From: Rhodospirillaceae bacterium
Lineage (GTDB): Bacteria > Pseudomonadota > Alphaproteobacteria > UBA7887
Reading direction: 5' to 3'
NCBI GenBank assembly: GCA_002728255.1
Contig: PBWV01000047.1
Location: 27,368-91,367, forward strand
DNA: 64,000 nt
The translations under genes were made by a program, and so were the position numbers. This document shows positions 32,146 through 42,864 of this stretch, piece after piece. Below the pieces are notes generated by a model that was given only the letters and a program-made list of their open reading frames with translations, was not told the DNA's origin and did not search any database. Position 1 is the first letter of the stretch. Each line of letters opens with the position of its first letter.

Positions 32146-32985
32146 ATGACATCATTCTCTTCAGAGAAAGTCATAGCTGCAGGCAGCATTCATGAAACGG
32201 CGATTGTCGATGAAAAAGCGCAAATCCATTCATCTGTGATTATTGGTCCCTACTCAGTTGTGGGTCCGAATGTGGTGCTTGAAGATGGCTGTCGCATCGA
32301 ACCGCACGTAGTCATAGGCGGCAATACAAAATTTGGATCCAATAACCATATATTTCCATTTGCGTCTATAGGTCTCCAGCCGCAAGATCTGAAGTATAAG
32401 GGTGAGCAATCAACTCTTGAGATTGGATCAGGGAATGTCATAAGGGAACACGTTACTATGAACCCCGGAACGGGGGGAGGCGGAATGGTTACCCGAGTTG
32501 GCAACCATTGTCTTTTTATGGTTGGAGCGCACGTGGCTCATGATTGTCATGTCGGTGATAACGTAATACTTGCAAATAATGCGACCTTGGCAGGCCACGT
32601 TGAAGTTGGTGACTTTGCTATTTTAGGTGGGTTAAGCGCAATTCACCAATTCGTTCGAATTGGTAGGCACGCTATGATTGGCGGTATGTCCGGCGTAGAA
32701 AATGATGTGATTCCCTACGGTTCCGCGATGGGTAACCGAGCACATTTATCGGGTTTGAATGTCGTAGGATTAAAACGTAGAGGATTCTCTCGCGAAGCTA
32801 TACACGAAATGCGTAAAGCATATCGTCTTCTATTTGCTGAAGAAGGTACAATGAGTGAACGCATGGAGGATGTTTTAGAAAGTTTTGGCGAAGTTGAACC
32901 GGTAATGGAAATAATCCAATTCATCCAATCTGGAGCGGATACTTCGAGAGCTATTTGCCGACCAAAATTTAATCGTGCGGCCTAA
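32146..32985 (+). CDS. lpxA: acyl-[ACP]--UDP-N-acetylglucosamine O-acyltransferase
   Basis: 279 aa with hexapeptide repeats and the LpxA C-terminal helical domain. Confidence 0.92.
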   Translation: MTSFSSEKVIAAGSIHETAIVDEKAQIHSSVIIGPYSVVGPNVVLEDGCRIEPHVVIGGNTKFGSNNHIFPFASIGLQPQDLKYKGEQSTLEIGSGNVIREHVTMNPGTGGGGMVTRVGNHCLFMVGAHVAHDCHVGDNVILANNATLAGHVEVGDFAILGGLSAIHQFVRIGRHAMIGGMSGVENDVIPYGSAMGNRAHLSGLNVVGLKRRGFSREAIHEMRKAYRLLFAEEGTMSERMEDVLESFGEVEPVMEIIQFIQSGADTSRAICRPKFNRAA

Positions 32986-33808
32986 ATTAGGTATAATTGC
33001 CGGAGGTGGCGAGTTAGTTAACGAGCTGTGCTCCGCTTGTAGTCATTCCGGACGTCAGTATTTTGTTGTTGGCATTAAGGGCAATGCAGATCCGGGTAAG
33101 CTACAAGGAACTCCTCATAAAATTATTCGTTTGGGAGCTATTGGGGAGCTACTTTCTGAACTCAAAAGGCAAGCAGTCAAGGAAATAGTAATGGTGGGCT
33201 CAATAAAGCGCCCAAGCTGGCAGGAGGTCCGGCCAGATTTACGAGCCATGAAGCTACTGCCACGATTTTTATCAGGCAGACAAGGAGATGGGGATGTCCT
33301 GAAGATCGCAATTACGGAGTTGGAGAAGGAAGGTTTCCGTGTGGTTGGAGTTGAACAAGTGTTGCCTGGTTTATTGACTCCCGTTGGGAATATAGGTCGG
33401 TATTCCCCATCCCCCCAAGTGCGGAAAGACATTGCCGTAGGATTGAGCGTCGCTACAGCCATAGGTGATTTGGATATTGGGCAAGCAGTTGTGGTTCAGC
33501 AAGGTTTGATTTTAGGCATAGAAGCTGCAGAAGGAACAGATTGCCTTATCTCTAGGTGTGGTTTGTTATCCAAAGCTGGGGAAAAAGGAACCTTGATAAA
33601 GGTAAGAAAGTCCTTTCAGGATCCAAGAGCTGACCTCCCCACCATAGGCCCATACACCATAAAAAGAGTTCAAGAATCTGGGCTCGGGGGAATTGCACTG
33701 CAAGCATGCGCCTCCCTTATAGTTCAACGTAGGAAAGTTATTGAACTTGCAGATAAATATGGCATTTTTCTTATAGGCGTAAATACAAATAATAGGGAAC
33801 CCCAATAA
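32975..33808 (+). CDS. lpxI: UDP-2,3-diacylglucosamine pyrophosphatase LpxI (DUF1009)
   Basis: 277 aa. The N-terminus LGIIAGGGELV is typical of LpxI. Sits between lpxA and lpxB as in alphaproteobacteria, which lack lpxH. GTG start. Confidence 0.8.
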   Translation: MRPKLGIIAGGGELVNELCSACSHSGRQYFVVGIKGNADPGKLQGTPHKIIRLGAIGELLSELKRQAVKEIVMVGSIKRPSWQEVRPDLRAMKLLPRFLSGRQGDGDVLKIAITELEKEGFRVVGVEQVLPGLLTPVGNIGRYSPSPQVRKDIAVGLSVATAIGDLDIGQAVVVQQGLILGIEAAEGTDCLISRCGLLSKAGEKGTLIKVRKSFQDPRADLPTIGPYTIKRVQESGLGGIALQACASLIVQRRKVIELADKYGIFLIGVNTNNREPQ

Positions 33809-33840
33809 TCATATCTAAAGAATCAGAAAAACGAGTTTTC

Positions 33841-34971
33841 TTGGTAGCTGGGGAACCCTCAGGGGATCAGTTGGGGGGAGGCCTAATGGCATCCTTGAAA
33901 AAACAGTGTGGAGAACGTTTATCATTCTGGGGCGTTGGTGGCGAACAAATGACTTCAAATGGTCTAAAGAGTTTGTTCCCGATGTCTGATTTATCTGTAA
34001 TGGGGCTTGTGGAGATCTTGCCACGAGTTTCTGTTCTGCGGAAAAGGCTAAAGGATACTGCTGAAGAAATCCGAAGGGTTAACCCTGATGTTTTAGTTAC
34101 TATAGACTCTCCAGGATTCAATTTTAGGTTGATTGAATTACTTCAAGATCTAAATTTTCCTAAAATCCATTATGTTGCGCCAACTGTTTGGGCGTGGCGA
34201 CCATCTCGCGCTAAAAAGATGTCTAAGTTTTATGATCATTTAATGGTCCTCCTTCCCTTTGAGCCGCAATACTTTAACTATGGGAATATGAAATGCACCT
34301 TCGTTGGACATCCTGTCACTGAAGAGTTACCAGATGGATTGGGTGTAGAGTTTAGGGCGAAACATAACATATCAGACAAGGTCGTATTGGGCCTATTCCC
34401 TGGAAGCCGCAAGGCCGAGGTCTTGCGGATGCTTCCGATTTTTGAGAAAACAGTCAAACGGCTTTTAGTGAATTTTCCTGACTTAGAAATCGTAATAACA
34501 ACCATTCCATATCTCAGTCCTCTCGTCAGTTCTATGACAAGCGCTTGGCATATAAATGTTATCTTGATTGATTCCTTTTCGGACCGAAAGGGCGCCCAAA
34601 AAGCGTGCGACGTGGCCTTGGCTGCCTCCGGAACAATCACTACAGAATTGGCAGCAGCCAAGGTACCCGTGGTTGTTGGATATAAAGTTGCACCAATTAC
34701 AGCTTTTGTCGCACGCCGATTGCTTAAGGTTTCACACGTTTCACTACTCAACATCGCTACAGGCAGAAGAATATTGCCAGAGTTTTTGCAAGGGGAGTGT
34801 AGCCCCATGAGGCTATCTGATGCCATAACTAAATTATTGGTCGACAGAGTGAGAAGACAAAAACAAATTTCTGAACAATTACTTGCCTTGAAAGAGTTAA
34901 ATAGTGGAACTGACGGTGGTTATTCCAAAGCAGCTTCCGTTGTGAGGGATGCTGTTTTAGCACCCAAATAA
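33841..34971 (+). CDS. lpxB: lipid-A-disaccharide synthase
   Basis: 376-aa GT-B glycosyltransferase. The N-terminus (V)FLVAGEPSGD is the LpxB signature. TTG start (there is no in-frame ATG or GTG between the upstream stop and this motif). Confidence 0.9.
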   Translation: MVAGEPSGDQLGGGLMASLKKQCGERLSFWGVGGEQMTSNGLKSLFPMSDLSVMGLVEILPRVSVLRKRLKDTAEEIRRVNPDVLVTIDSPGFNFRLIELLQDLNFPKIHYVAPTVWAWRPSRAKKMSKFYDHLMVLLPFEPQYFNYGNMKCTFVGHPVTEELPDGLGVEFRAKHNISDKVVLGLFPGSRKAEVLRMLPIFEKTVKRLLVNFPDLEIVITTIPYLSPLVSSMTSAWHINVILIDSFSDRKGAQKACDVALAASGTITTELAAAKVPVVVGYKVAPITAFVARRLLKVSHVSLLNIATGRRILPEFLQGECSPMRLSDAITKLLVDRVRRQKQISEQLLALKELNSGTDGGYSKAASVVRDAVLAPK

Positions 34972-34990
34972 TATTTTTGTGGAGATTAAG

Positions 34991-35389
34991 ATGACCAGTA
35001 TAAATGCTCGCATACTACATACTATGTTGCGTGTCAAAAACTTGGAGGCTTCAATCGAGTTTTATACCAAAACTCTTGGAATGACTCTTTTAAGACGCCA
35101 AGATTTCCAAACAGGACGTTTTACACTAGCATTTTTAGGCTATGGACCGGAGGAGTCGGGTGCAGTCATAGAACTCACCCATAACTGGGACCAGGAAATA
35201 GCATATGATGTTGGTACAGGCTATGGGCATATTGCCCTTGGGGTTCCAGACATAAATTCAGTATGTCGCCATCTCCGTGAGAGCGGTGCTAAAATAATTC
35301 GGGAACCAGGTCCCATGAAACATGGAACCACCATCATCGCATTTATTGAAGATCCAGATGGTTACCAACTAGAATTGATAGAGAAGTAA
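34991..35389 (+). CDS. gloA: lactoylglutathione lyase (glyoxalase I)
   Basis: 132-aa VOC-fold protein (HTMLRVKNLEASIEFYT ; HIALGV). The ATG at 34991 is preceded by GGAGA; the ORF track starts at 34979. Confidence 0.85.
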   Translation: MTSINARILHTMLRVKNLEASIEFYTKTLGMTLLRRQDFQTGRFTLAFLGYGPEESGAVIELTHNWDQEIAYDVGTGYGHIALGVPDINSVCRHLRESGAKIIREPGPMKHGTTIIAFIEDPDGYQLELIEK

Positions 35390-35427
35390 CAACTTGTTCC
35401 ATATGGAATCCAATTAGTAGTTATAAC

Positions 35428-36744
35428 TTAGCGGGCGGATATAGGAATGAATGGACGTTCAGCAGGACCGGTATACAGTTGCCTTGGTCTACCAATTTTT
35501 TGTCCTGGATCACAGATCATTTCGTCCCATTGGGCTAGCCACCCAACGGTCCGGGCAACAGCAAACAAGACGGTAAATAGGTCTGTAGGGATACCCATAG
35601 CCCTCAAGATTATTCCTGAATAAAAATCTACATTGGGAAATAATTTACGCTCGACGAAATAGGAGTCCTCAAGAGCCAATTTTTCTAACTCAATTGCAAG
35701 CTTTAAGAGAGGTTCATCCCTTGAACCTAGTTCTTCCAGAACCTCGTGGGCACTTTGTCGCATCACCGTTGCTCTAGGATCATAGTTTTTATAGACGCGA
35801 TGGCCAAAACCCATCAGACGAAAAGGGTCATCTTTATCTTTGGCCCGTCTTATAAATTCAGGAATTCTTTCAGCTTCGCCAATTTCTTCAAGCATCTTAA
35901 TGACCGCCTCGTTAGCACCACCATGAGCCGGACCCCAAAGTGATGCTATTCCTGCAGCTATGCAGGCGAATGGGTTAGCGCCAGAGGAACCTGCTAAGCG
36001 AACGGTTGATGTGGACGCGTTTTGTTCATGATCCGCATGGAGGATAAATAACCGATCAATGGCGCGGGCTAACACACTACTTACGGGATATTCCTCTGCC
36101 GGAACTGCAAACATCATGTGAAGAAAATTTTCAGAGTAGGTTAGGTCATTTCTTGGATAAATAAATGGTTGGCCAATCGAATATTTATAAGCCATAGCAG
36201 CAATGGTGGGCATTTTTGCTAATATCCGATGTTTGGTGATCTCCCTCTGCGCAGTATCATTTATATCGATATTGTCGTGATAGAAGGCAGAAAGAGCACC
36301 AACAACTCCAATCATTATTGCCATTGGATGAGCATCTCGCCTGAACCCACGCAAAAAATAAGTTACTTGCTCATTGAGCATAGAATGATAAGTAACTTCG
36401 CGATCAAAATCCGAAAACTCAGCCGCCGTAGGTAATTCTCCATTAAGCAATAAAAAACATACCTCCAAGAAATTACTATCCCGGGCAAGTTCTTCTATTG
36501 AGTATCCACGATGAAGAAGAATTCCTTTTTCGCCGTCAATATAAGTTATAGCTGAGTAAGCGCTTCCGGTGGAAGTAAATCCAGGATCATAGGTAAACAT
36601 TCCGGTTTCAGAATATAGTTTTCTAACATCGATGACATTAGGGCCCATTGTTCCCATTAATACTGGTAATTCAAAGTCTTTCCCTGATTTCTTATCGGTT
36701 AATGTTAATGTGTAATCTGCCCTATTAGTCTTGTTGTCTGGCAT
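35428..36744 (-). CDS. gltA: citrate synthase (type II)
   Basis: About 438 aa with the catalytic-region motifs GFGHRVYK and HGGANE. The ORF track starts at GTG 36750; the ATG at 36744 ([15 protein letters not shown]..) is preferred. Confidence 0.95.
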   Translation of the reverse strand: MPDNKTNRADYTLTLTDKKSGKDFELPVLMGTMGPNVIDVRKLYSETGMFTYDPGFTSTGSAYSAITYIDGEKGILLHRGYSIEELARDSNFLEVCFLLLNGELPTAAEFSDFDREVTYHSMLNEQVTYFLRGFRRDAHPMAIMIGVVGALSAFYHDNIDINDTAQREITKHRILAKMPTIAAMAYKYSIGQPFIYPRNDLTYSENFLHMMFAVPAEEYPVSSVLARAIDRLFILHADHEQNASTSTVRLAGSSGANPFACIAAGIASLWGPAHGGANEAVIKMLEEIGEAERIPEFIRRAKDKDDPFRLMGFGHRVYKNYDPRATVMRQSAHEVLEELGSRDEPLLKLAIELEKLALEDSYFVERKLFPNVDFYSGIILRAMGIPTDLFTVLFAVARTVGWLAQWDEMICDPGQKIGRPRQLYTGPAERPFIPISAR

Positions 36745-36880
36745 GATCACATTCTCCTTGAATTAACATTAGAAATGGCCTGAGTTATCTGCAGGGTTTC
36801 AACCCCATTATATGAACTGATAATACGGCTAATTGAGTTATGAAAAAAGCATGTTTCTAGCCCATTTTTAGGGATTAGCG

Positions 36881-38296
36881 TCACTTTGAAACGATCTTTT
36901 GGATGTCGGAGATCCTAGCCATAGATTCTTCTTTGCCCAAAGCCATAAGTACTTCAAATACACTTGGAGACACAGTTGTTCCAGTAACAGCAACTCGGAG
37001 AGGTTGGGCTAGCGAACCGAGTTTAACGCCAGATTGTTCCGCTAAATCACGCATTTCTGATTCAATATTTGATGCTTCCCATTCTTTATTTTTTTCAAGT
37101 ATGGGCATTAATTTGTTTAAGATCGCACTGAGACCTGGTTGGAGAAGAGCTTTCTTAGCTTTTTCGTCAAGTGGAATAGGTCGTTGGGCCACGTAGAACT
37201 GTGCGCTAGCAACGAGATTCGCAATAGTTTTAGCACGAGATAATAAGCCAGGCACTCCGAGTTTTAGACATTCTTTTTGTTTCTTAGTCACACTCCGTCC
37301 AAGTTTTTTGGAAAGCCCGCTTACTATAATATCAAGTGCTCTCGAAGTTGGTAGTTTCTGAAGATAATAGGAATTTAGATTTTCAAGCTTATCCAGGTTA
37401 AATCTTGCCGCGCTTTTACCAACCTGCTTCAAGTTAAACCATGTAATTGCTTGGGACATTGTTATAATTTCGTGGTCTCCATGGGACCAACCTAGTCGGA
37501 GGAGGTAGTTTTGCAAAGATTCCGGGAGAAACCCCTTGTCCTTGTAGGAACTTACAGCAAGAGCACCATGCCTTTTGGATAATTTCGAACCGTCTGAACC
37601 ATGAATAAGTGGAATATGAGCATAAATGGGAATATTCCAGCCAAATGCATTATACAGTTGTGACTGCCGCGCGGCGTTGACCAGATGGTCGTCTCCTCTA
37701 ATTATGTGGCTGACCTGCATATCATGGTCATCGACCACTGCAGCAAGAATATATGTTGGTGTACCATCGCTCCTGAGGATGACCATGTCGTCGAGCTGAG
37801 AATTCTTAATAATTACCTCTCCTTGAACCTGATCATTAATTCTAGTTTCGCCAGTTTCGGGAGACTTGAACCTAATAGTAGGGGACACACCTGATGGCCA
37901 ATCTTCAGGCCCTTTATCTCTCCAATATCCATTGTAGCCTTGTTGACCACCTTCAGTCCTTGCCCGTAAACGCATCTCAGCCAGTTCTTCTGGTGTCGAG
38001 AAGCATTTATAGGCTAAATCATTCTCAAGCAAATAGTTGGCCATTTCACGATGGCGGGCTTCGTTGGCAGATTGAAAAATAATTTCGTTGTCCCATGTTA
38101 GACCCAACCAATTCAATCCTTTCTGAATTTCCAAAATTGCTTCTTGGGTTGAACGTTGTTTATCAGTATCCTCTATCCGAAGTAAAAATTTACCTTCATG
38201 ATGACGTGCAAACAGCCAATTAAACAAAGCCGTGCGAGCACCACCAATATGAAGAAATCCAGTGGGCGATGGAGCAAATCTAGTTATTACTGACAT
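36881..38296 (-). CDS. gltX: glutamate--tRNA ligase
   Basis: 471 aa with the class-I HIGH motif (HIGGART) and a KMSKS-like KLSKRHG. Confidence 0.93.
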   Translation of the reverse strand: MSVITRFAPSPTGFLHIGGARTALFNWLFARHHEGKFLLRIEDTDKQRSTQEAILEIQKGLNWLGLTWDNEIIFQSANEARHREMANYLLENDLAYKCFSTPEELAEMRLRARTEGGQQGYNGYWRDKGPEDWPSGVSPTIRFKSPETGETRINDQVQGEVIIKNSQLDDMVILRSDGTPTYILAAVVDDHDMQVSHIIRGDDHLVNAARQSQLYNAFGWNIPIYAHIPLIHGSDGSKLSKRHGALAVSSYKDKGFLPESLQNYLLRLGWSHGDHEIITMSQAITWFNLKQVGKSAARFNLDKLENLNSYYLQKLPTSRALDIIVSGLSKKLGRSVTKKQKECLKLGVPGLLSRAKTIANLVASAQFYVAQRPIPLDEKAKKALLQPGLSAILNKLMPILEKNKEWEASNIESEMRDLAEQSGVKLGSLAQPLRVAVTGTTVSPSVFEVLMALGKEESMARISDIQKIVSK

Positions 38297-38426
38297 ATCT
38301 ATGTCCGGTGCAAATTTTGAATAAAATTATATATGCTCTATTTAGCGCAAACACATAATTTCTGGTAGTAGAATTCAAAAACGCTAGTGCTGACAGCTAG
38401 AACTCTTCGTCTCGGATGTTTCCACC

Positions 38427-39182
38427 TTAATATTTTCTTAGAAGAGCTCTTAAAATACCTTGAATCTTTACCTGTTCAGGACCGAATATTCTGGTTTCGT
38501 AGGATGGATTCGCCGATTCTAGAGCAACCGAATTACCTTTTCGCCTTAATCGTTTAAGGGTAGCCTCCTGCTCTTGAATAAGAGCTACAATAATAGAGCC
38601 ATTGTCGGCTGTTTCACACTTTTCAATAATTACTATATCGCCATCCATGATACCGACCCCCGTCATAGAGTCGCCTGACACCTCAAGGGCGTAATGATCT
38701 TTATCAGAGTTCAAGTTGTCGGGGAGGGTAATATGGTTTCCAGGGTTTTGCAGGGCCTCTATCGGAGTCCCAGCTGCAATCCGCCCCAGAAGCGGTACAG
38801 TGGTAACCTGACTTTCTGATAGATCAACGCTATTTTTTGCCGCTCCGCGACCAGGAAAGTTTCCTTTTACAATTTTAGGGGATTTTCCCCGATTAACAAC
38901 ATCCAGAACAGTTCTTTGGCCCGATTGCGATATTATTAAATTATCCCTTGGGTGCGTTTTTACACGTAAGGCGCGAGCCCTGTTTGGCAATCTTTCAATA
39001 AACCCTCTTTCCTCTAGGGCCTTTACAAGGCGATGAACCCCTGACTTAGAGCGTAAACCTAAAAATGATTTCATTTCTTCAAAAGATGGAGAAACCCCGT
39101 CTAAATCCAGCCGTTCGACGATATAAGTTAGAAGTCGTTGTTGTTTTCGAGTAAGCAAAATCTTAGATCCCACAAAGAACAA
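38427..39182 (-). CDS. lexA: LexA repressor (long alphaproteobacterial form with a linker insertion)
   Basis: N-terminal winged HTH, a C-terminal S24 peptidase with the Ser nucleophile in VSGDSM and the Lys in LKRL. The ORF-track start (TTG 39182) is uncertain. The TTG at 39158 gives MLTRKQQ.., which matches the family N-terminus. Confidence 0.9.
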   Translation of the reverse strand: MFFVGSKILLTRKQQRLLTYIVERLDLDGVSPSFEEMKSFLGLRSKSGVHRLVKALEERGFIERLPNRARALRVKTHPRDNLIISQSGQRTVLDVVNRGKSPKIVKGNFPGRGAAKNSVDLSESQVTTVPLLGRIAAGTPIEALQNPGNHITLPDNLNSDKDHYALEVSGDSMTGVGIMDGDIVIIEKCETADNGSIIVALIQEQEATLKRLRRKGNSVALESANPSYETRIFGPEQVKIQGILRALLRKY

Positions 39183-39201
39183 AACACAAACATTCCATGA
39201 T

Positions 39202-39216
39202 GTTCTACTTTAGTTC
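39202..39216 (-). promoter_or_regulatory. LexA operator (alphaproteobacterial SOS box GTTC-N7-GTTC) upstream of lexA
   Basis: Exact GTTCTACTTTAGTTC lies 20-44 nt upstream of the candidate lexA start codons, consistent with autoregulation. A degenerate GAACAAAACACAAAC lies immediately beside it (39176-39190). Confidence 0.6.
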
Positions 39217-39297
39217 TTTGGCCTAGTCAACGGATAGGGTTTGTGTGGCTTGAATTTGAGGAACTCTAACCCAATTTGGTGTTGAGCGCTCATCCTG

Positions 39298-40512
39298 TCA
39301 AACTGCAGCATTTCCTTTTGGGAAGGTCATAATCTCGACACGTTCGCCTTCCACGGCCGCCCTGGCTCTCGGAGCCCTTACAATCAGGCAGTCAGAGGAT
39401 GCTAATAATGATACCATGGAACTATCTTGTTTGGGGAAAGGTGTAACGAATAAAGTACCATCTTTCTCAGAATTAAGTTTTGCCCGTAAATAATCCTGTC
39501 TTTGATCATTGGCCGGCAGGGGGGTAGTAAGAGTGGCATAGGATTTTCCTATATTAGGTTCCACGATGCCTAACAATTTCTCAATAATTGGTTTAACAAA
39601 AATTAAAGAGCAGACTAATGCTGAGACGGGATTTCCTGGCAGGCCTAAAACAGGTACCTGCCCAAATTTTCCGAACATTACAGGTTTTCCTGGACGCATT
39701 GCAACTTTCCAAAAATCCACAGTTAGGCCTTTTGAGACTAGGGCTTGCCGAACTAAATCGTAGTCGCCAACGGAGATTCCCCCAGTTGTAATCAGCAAAT
39801 CTGAACCTATCGCCCCCCCTATCATTCTATCTAAAGCTAAAGTGTCGTCATTAGCTATGCCCAGGTTTATCCCAGTCGCTCCACAATTTTCAACAAATGC
39901 CTTGAGACAAATAGAATTCGAACTAACAATCTGGTTTTGGCTTAATGGCTCTCCTGGGCGAACAATTTCATCTCCAGTAGCCAAGATAGTAATCAAAGGG
40001 CGACGGCGAACCGAAACCCAAGGATGGTTCATGGCAGCGGCTAATCCAATGTCGCGGACTCTTAAAAAGCGTCCTGGCAAAAGCTGATCAACGCCTGCGG
40101 AAAAATCTAGTCCGGCCCTCCTGATATATTGCCCGGGCGTCGGCTTTTCATTTATGGTTATGAACTCATCATTCGCGTTTGTATCTTCTTGCAGCACCAC
40201 CGCATCTGCTCCGGATGGTATAGGGCCACCTGTAAATATGCGGACCGTTTCTCCAGGGCCAACATTTCCTTCAAACATAGTTCCAGCAGGTGCTTCACCT
40301 ATACAACGAAGATCGTGAGGAAGTTTAGAAAAGTCACCGCATCTAACTGCATATCCATCCATTGATGATAGATCACAAGGGGGTTGGGTGCGTCGAGCAA
40401 CCAACGTTTTCGCTAATACCCGACCCAATGCCATGTCTAAGCTAATATCCTCTGCAGGGAGCTCAGAGAACGATGTTATTATTTTTTCTTTGGCTTCTTG
40501 AACACTAATCAT
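39298..40512 (-). CDS. moeA: molybdopterin molybdenumtransferase
   Basis: 404 aa with the MoeA N-terminal and MoCF-biosynthesis domains (GGISVGDYD). Confidence 0.9.
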   Translation of the reverse strand: MISVQEAKEKIITSFSELPAEDISLDMALGRVLAKTLVARRTQPPCDLSSMDGYAVRCGDFSKLPHDLRCIGEAPAGTMFEGNVGPGETVRIFTGGPIPSGADAVVLQEDTNANDEFITINEKPTPGQYIRRAGLDFSAGVDQLLPGRFLRVRDIGLAAAMNHPWVSVRRRPLITILATGDEIVRPGEPLSQNQIVSSNSICLKAFVENCGATGINLGIANDDTLALDRMIGGAIGSDLLITTGGISVGDYDLVRQALVSKGLTVDFWKVAMRPGKPVMFGKFGQVPVLGLPGNPVSALVCSLIFVKPIIEKLLGIVEPNIGKSYATLTTPLPANDQRQDYLRAKLNSEKDGTLFVTPFPKQDSSMVSLLASSDCLIVRAPRARAAVEGERVEIMTFPKGNAAV

Positions 40513-40517
40513 TGGTT

Positions 40518-41006
40518 TTAAGCAAAAAAGGTACCGGATTTTCCTCCGGATTTATGCAATAGGCGCACGTTTGTGATTTTCATTGAGCGATCGACGGATT
40601 TACACATATCGTATATGGTCAAGGCAGCAACGGAAGCTGACGTTAGTGCCTCCATCTCTACGCCTGTTTGGCCGCTTAACTTACATGTCGACAGTATTTT
40701 AACTAAATTTTCTTCAGGGATACATTCTAAATCAACGGTAATCGAGGTTAATGCCAAAGGATGGCATAAGGGAATTAGAGCGCTGGTCTTTTTTGCAGCC
40801 ATTATGCCGGCCAATCGTGCCACTCCTAACACATCGCCTTTTTTGTGTTCACCCTCTTTTATCATTAATAAAGTCTCGGAAGACATTACAATATTTGCTT
40901 CAGCCGAAGCTATTCTTTCGGTGATTGCCTTAGCCCCAACGTCAATCATGATTGCTTTTCCGTCAGAATCAAAGTGGTTCAGTTTATCCATCTTGCATTT
41001 GTCCAA
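40518..41006 (-). CDS. moaC: cyclic pyranopterin monophosphate synthase accessory protein
   Basis: 162 aa of the MoaC family ([11 protein letters not shown] ... ALTSITV..). Confidence 0.92.
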   Translation of the reverse strand: MDKCKMDKLNHFDSDGKAIMIDVGAKAITERIASAEANIVMSSETLLMIKEGEHKKGDVLGVARLAGIMAAKKTSALIPLCHPLALTSITVDLECIPEENLVKILSTCKLSGQTGVEMEALTSASVAALTIYDMCKSVDRSMKITNVRLLHKSGGKSGTFFA

Positions 41007-41011
41007 AAAGG

Positions 41012-41821
41012 TTAGAGTTCTTCTTGTTTTTTTCCAAGTAACACTTTCGTGGCTTCGGTTAAGTTTTGTTGACGCATGAGGCTTTCGCCCACCAAGAATC
41101 GAGATACTCCAATAGCGCGGACCCGTTGAATGTCTGCAAAATTAGAGATACCACTTTCGCAAATTATTTCATAGTTTTTAGGTACTTTTGGAGCTAACTC
41201 CTCTGTATTTTTAAGATCTACTTCTAAGGTTTTGAGATCCCTATTATTAATTCCTATTAAGAAACTTCCTTTAATTTTTAGAGCCCTCGACAACTCCTCA
41301 GCATCGTGAATTTCAATCAAAATATCGAGTTTGAGTTCCTCAGCACAAGTGGTTAATTCCTGGCACTGATGATCTTCCAGGGCTGCCATTATTAAAAGGA
41401 TGCAGTCAGCTCCCAAAGCCCGGGATTCTATTACTTGGTACGGATCAATTATGAAATCTTTTCTAAGAACGGGAATTTCTACTGCAGAACGGGCTTCGAC
41501 AAGGTGTTCATTACAACCTTGAAAGTAAGGCTTGTCTGTTAATACAGAAAGACAGGCTGCACCGCCTTTGTGGTAATCTACCGCCAATTGACTTGGCGTA
41601 AATTCGTTTCTAATAAGCCCCCTGCTAGGCGAAGCTTTTTTTAATTCTGTCACGAGTCCCACACCGGTCACTGCAACCTTGTCCTTTAGAGCATCAGCGA
41701 AACTTCGGGGCGGATCCGAGGATCCTAGATGTTGTAATAAATAGTTCTCGGAATACCTGTTTTTAGAAGCGGCAATCCACCTTCTTTTCTCGGCACATAT
41801 TTCGGCTAATACATTAGGCAT
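41012..41821 (-). CDS. trpC: indole-3-glycerol phosphate synthase
   Basis: 269-aa TIM-barrel IGPS ([17 protein letters not shown]). Confidence 0.9.
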   Translation of the reverse strand: MPNVLAEICAEKRRWIAASKNRYSENYLLQHLGSSDPPRSFADALKDKVAVTGVGLVTELKKASPSRGLIRNEFTPSQLAVDYHKGGAACLSVLTDKPYFQGCNEHLVEARSAVEIPVLRKDFIIDPYQVIESRALGADCILLIMAALEDHQCQELTTCAEELKLDILIEIHDAEELSRALKIKGSFLIGINNRDLKTLEVDLKNTEELAPKVPKNYEIICESGISNFADIQRVRAIGVSRFLVGESLMRQQNLTEATKVLLGKKQEEL

Positions 41822-42864
41822 TAAGCTTTCTCCGAAAGCTTTTTATTTGATGTTTTGATTAGTTGTTTTAGGGTTTCTTTGGCTTTCCCGGAATAAATCG
41901 CTCCAACAGCGACCTCAACTCCCTCCGATAAGGTTTTCACCTTTCCACCCACTATGAGTGTTGCGGCTGTATTTAGGAGCACGACATCTTGATAGGTGCT
42001 CTTTTTTCCCTCCAGCAAGTCTAGAATGGCTTTTGAGTTTGTTAAAGGATCTCCTCCTCTTAGTTGTTGGATGTCTTGAGACTTTAGGTTTGCATCTTCT
42101 GGTTTAACCTCAAAATCAATAATTTCACCATTGTTGTAACAGGACACATATGAAGGGCCTGAAATTGTCAACTCATCCATACCATCCATACCATGAACAA
42201 CCCAGACGTGTTTGGCTCCTAACTTTCCGAAAACCTCCGCCAACGGCCGGCACCATTTCTGATCAAATACTCCAACCAACTGTCTTTTGGTATTGGCTGG
42301 ATTTGAAAGTGGTCCAAGAAGGTTAAAGATTGTGCGGGTACCAAGTTCAGTCCGGGTCGGAGCTACATGCCTCATTGCATCATGGTGTCGGGGTGCCATA
42401 AAAAAACCTATATTGTGGTGCCACAAACTTTCACGAACCAATTCCATTGGCGCGTACACATTAACACCAAGACTGCTTAGCACATCGGCTGATCCCGATT
42501 TAGAAGACATAGCTTTATTCCCGTGCTTCGCGACAGGTACACCGCAGGCAGCAGCTAAGATAGCCGATGCAGTAGATACATTATATGTTCTCATTCCATC
42601 GCCACCGGTACCCGCCGTGTCCACTGCGCCTTCAGGAGATTCGATGGTTAGAGCCTTATGCCGCATGGTTTTGGCTGCCCCAGCTATTTCTTCAACTGTC
42701 TCTCCACGGACACGCATCGCCATACAAAGAGCACCAATTTGGCTCGGGGTGGCAGACCCTGACATAACTATGTCGAACGCTGTGTAGGCCTCTCTTTCAT
42801 CTAAGGAGCAGCCAGTCGCTAGTTTAGCCAAAAGCGGCTTAAGATCACCGGTCAATTTTCTCAC
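41821..42864 (-). CDS. trpD: anthranilate phosphoribosyltransferase
   Basis: 347 aa with the GTGGDG motif. It overlaps trpC by 1 nt. Confidence 0.92.
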   Translation of the reverse strand: MRKLTGDLKPLLAKLATGCSLDEREAYTAFDIVMSGSATPSQIGALCMAMRVRGETVEEIAGAAKTMRHKALTIESPEGAVDTAGTGGDGMRTYNVSTASAILAAACGVPVAKHGNKAMSSKSGSADVLSSLGVNVYAPMELVRESLWHHNIGFFMAPRHHDAMRHVAPTRTELGTRTIFNLLGPLSNPANTKRQLVGVFDQKWCRPLAEVFGKLGAKHVWVVHGMDGMDELTISGPSYVSCYNNGEIIDFEVKPEDANLKSQDIQQLRGGDPLTNSKAILDLLEGKKSTYQDVVLLNTAATLIVGGKVKTLSEGVEVAVGAIYSGKAKETLKQLIKTSNKKLSEKA

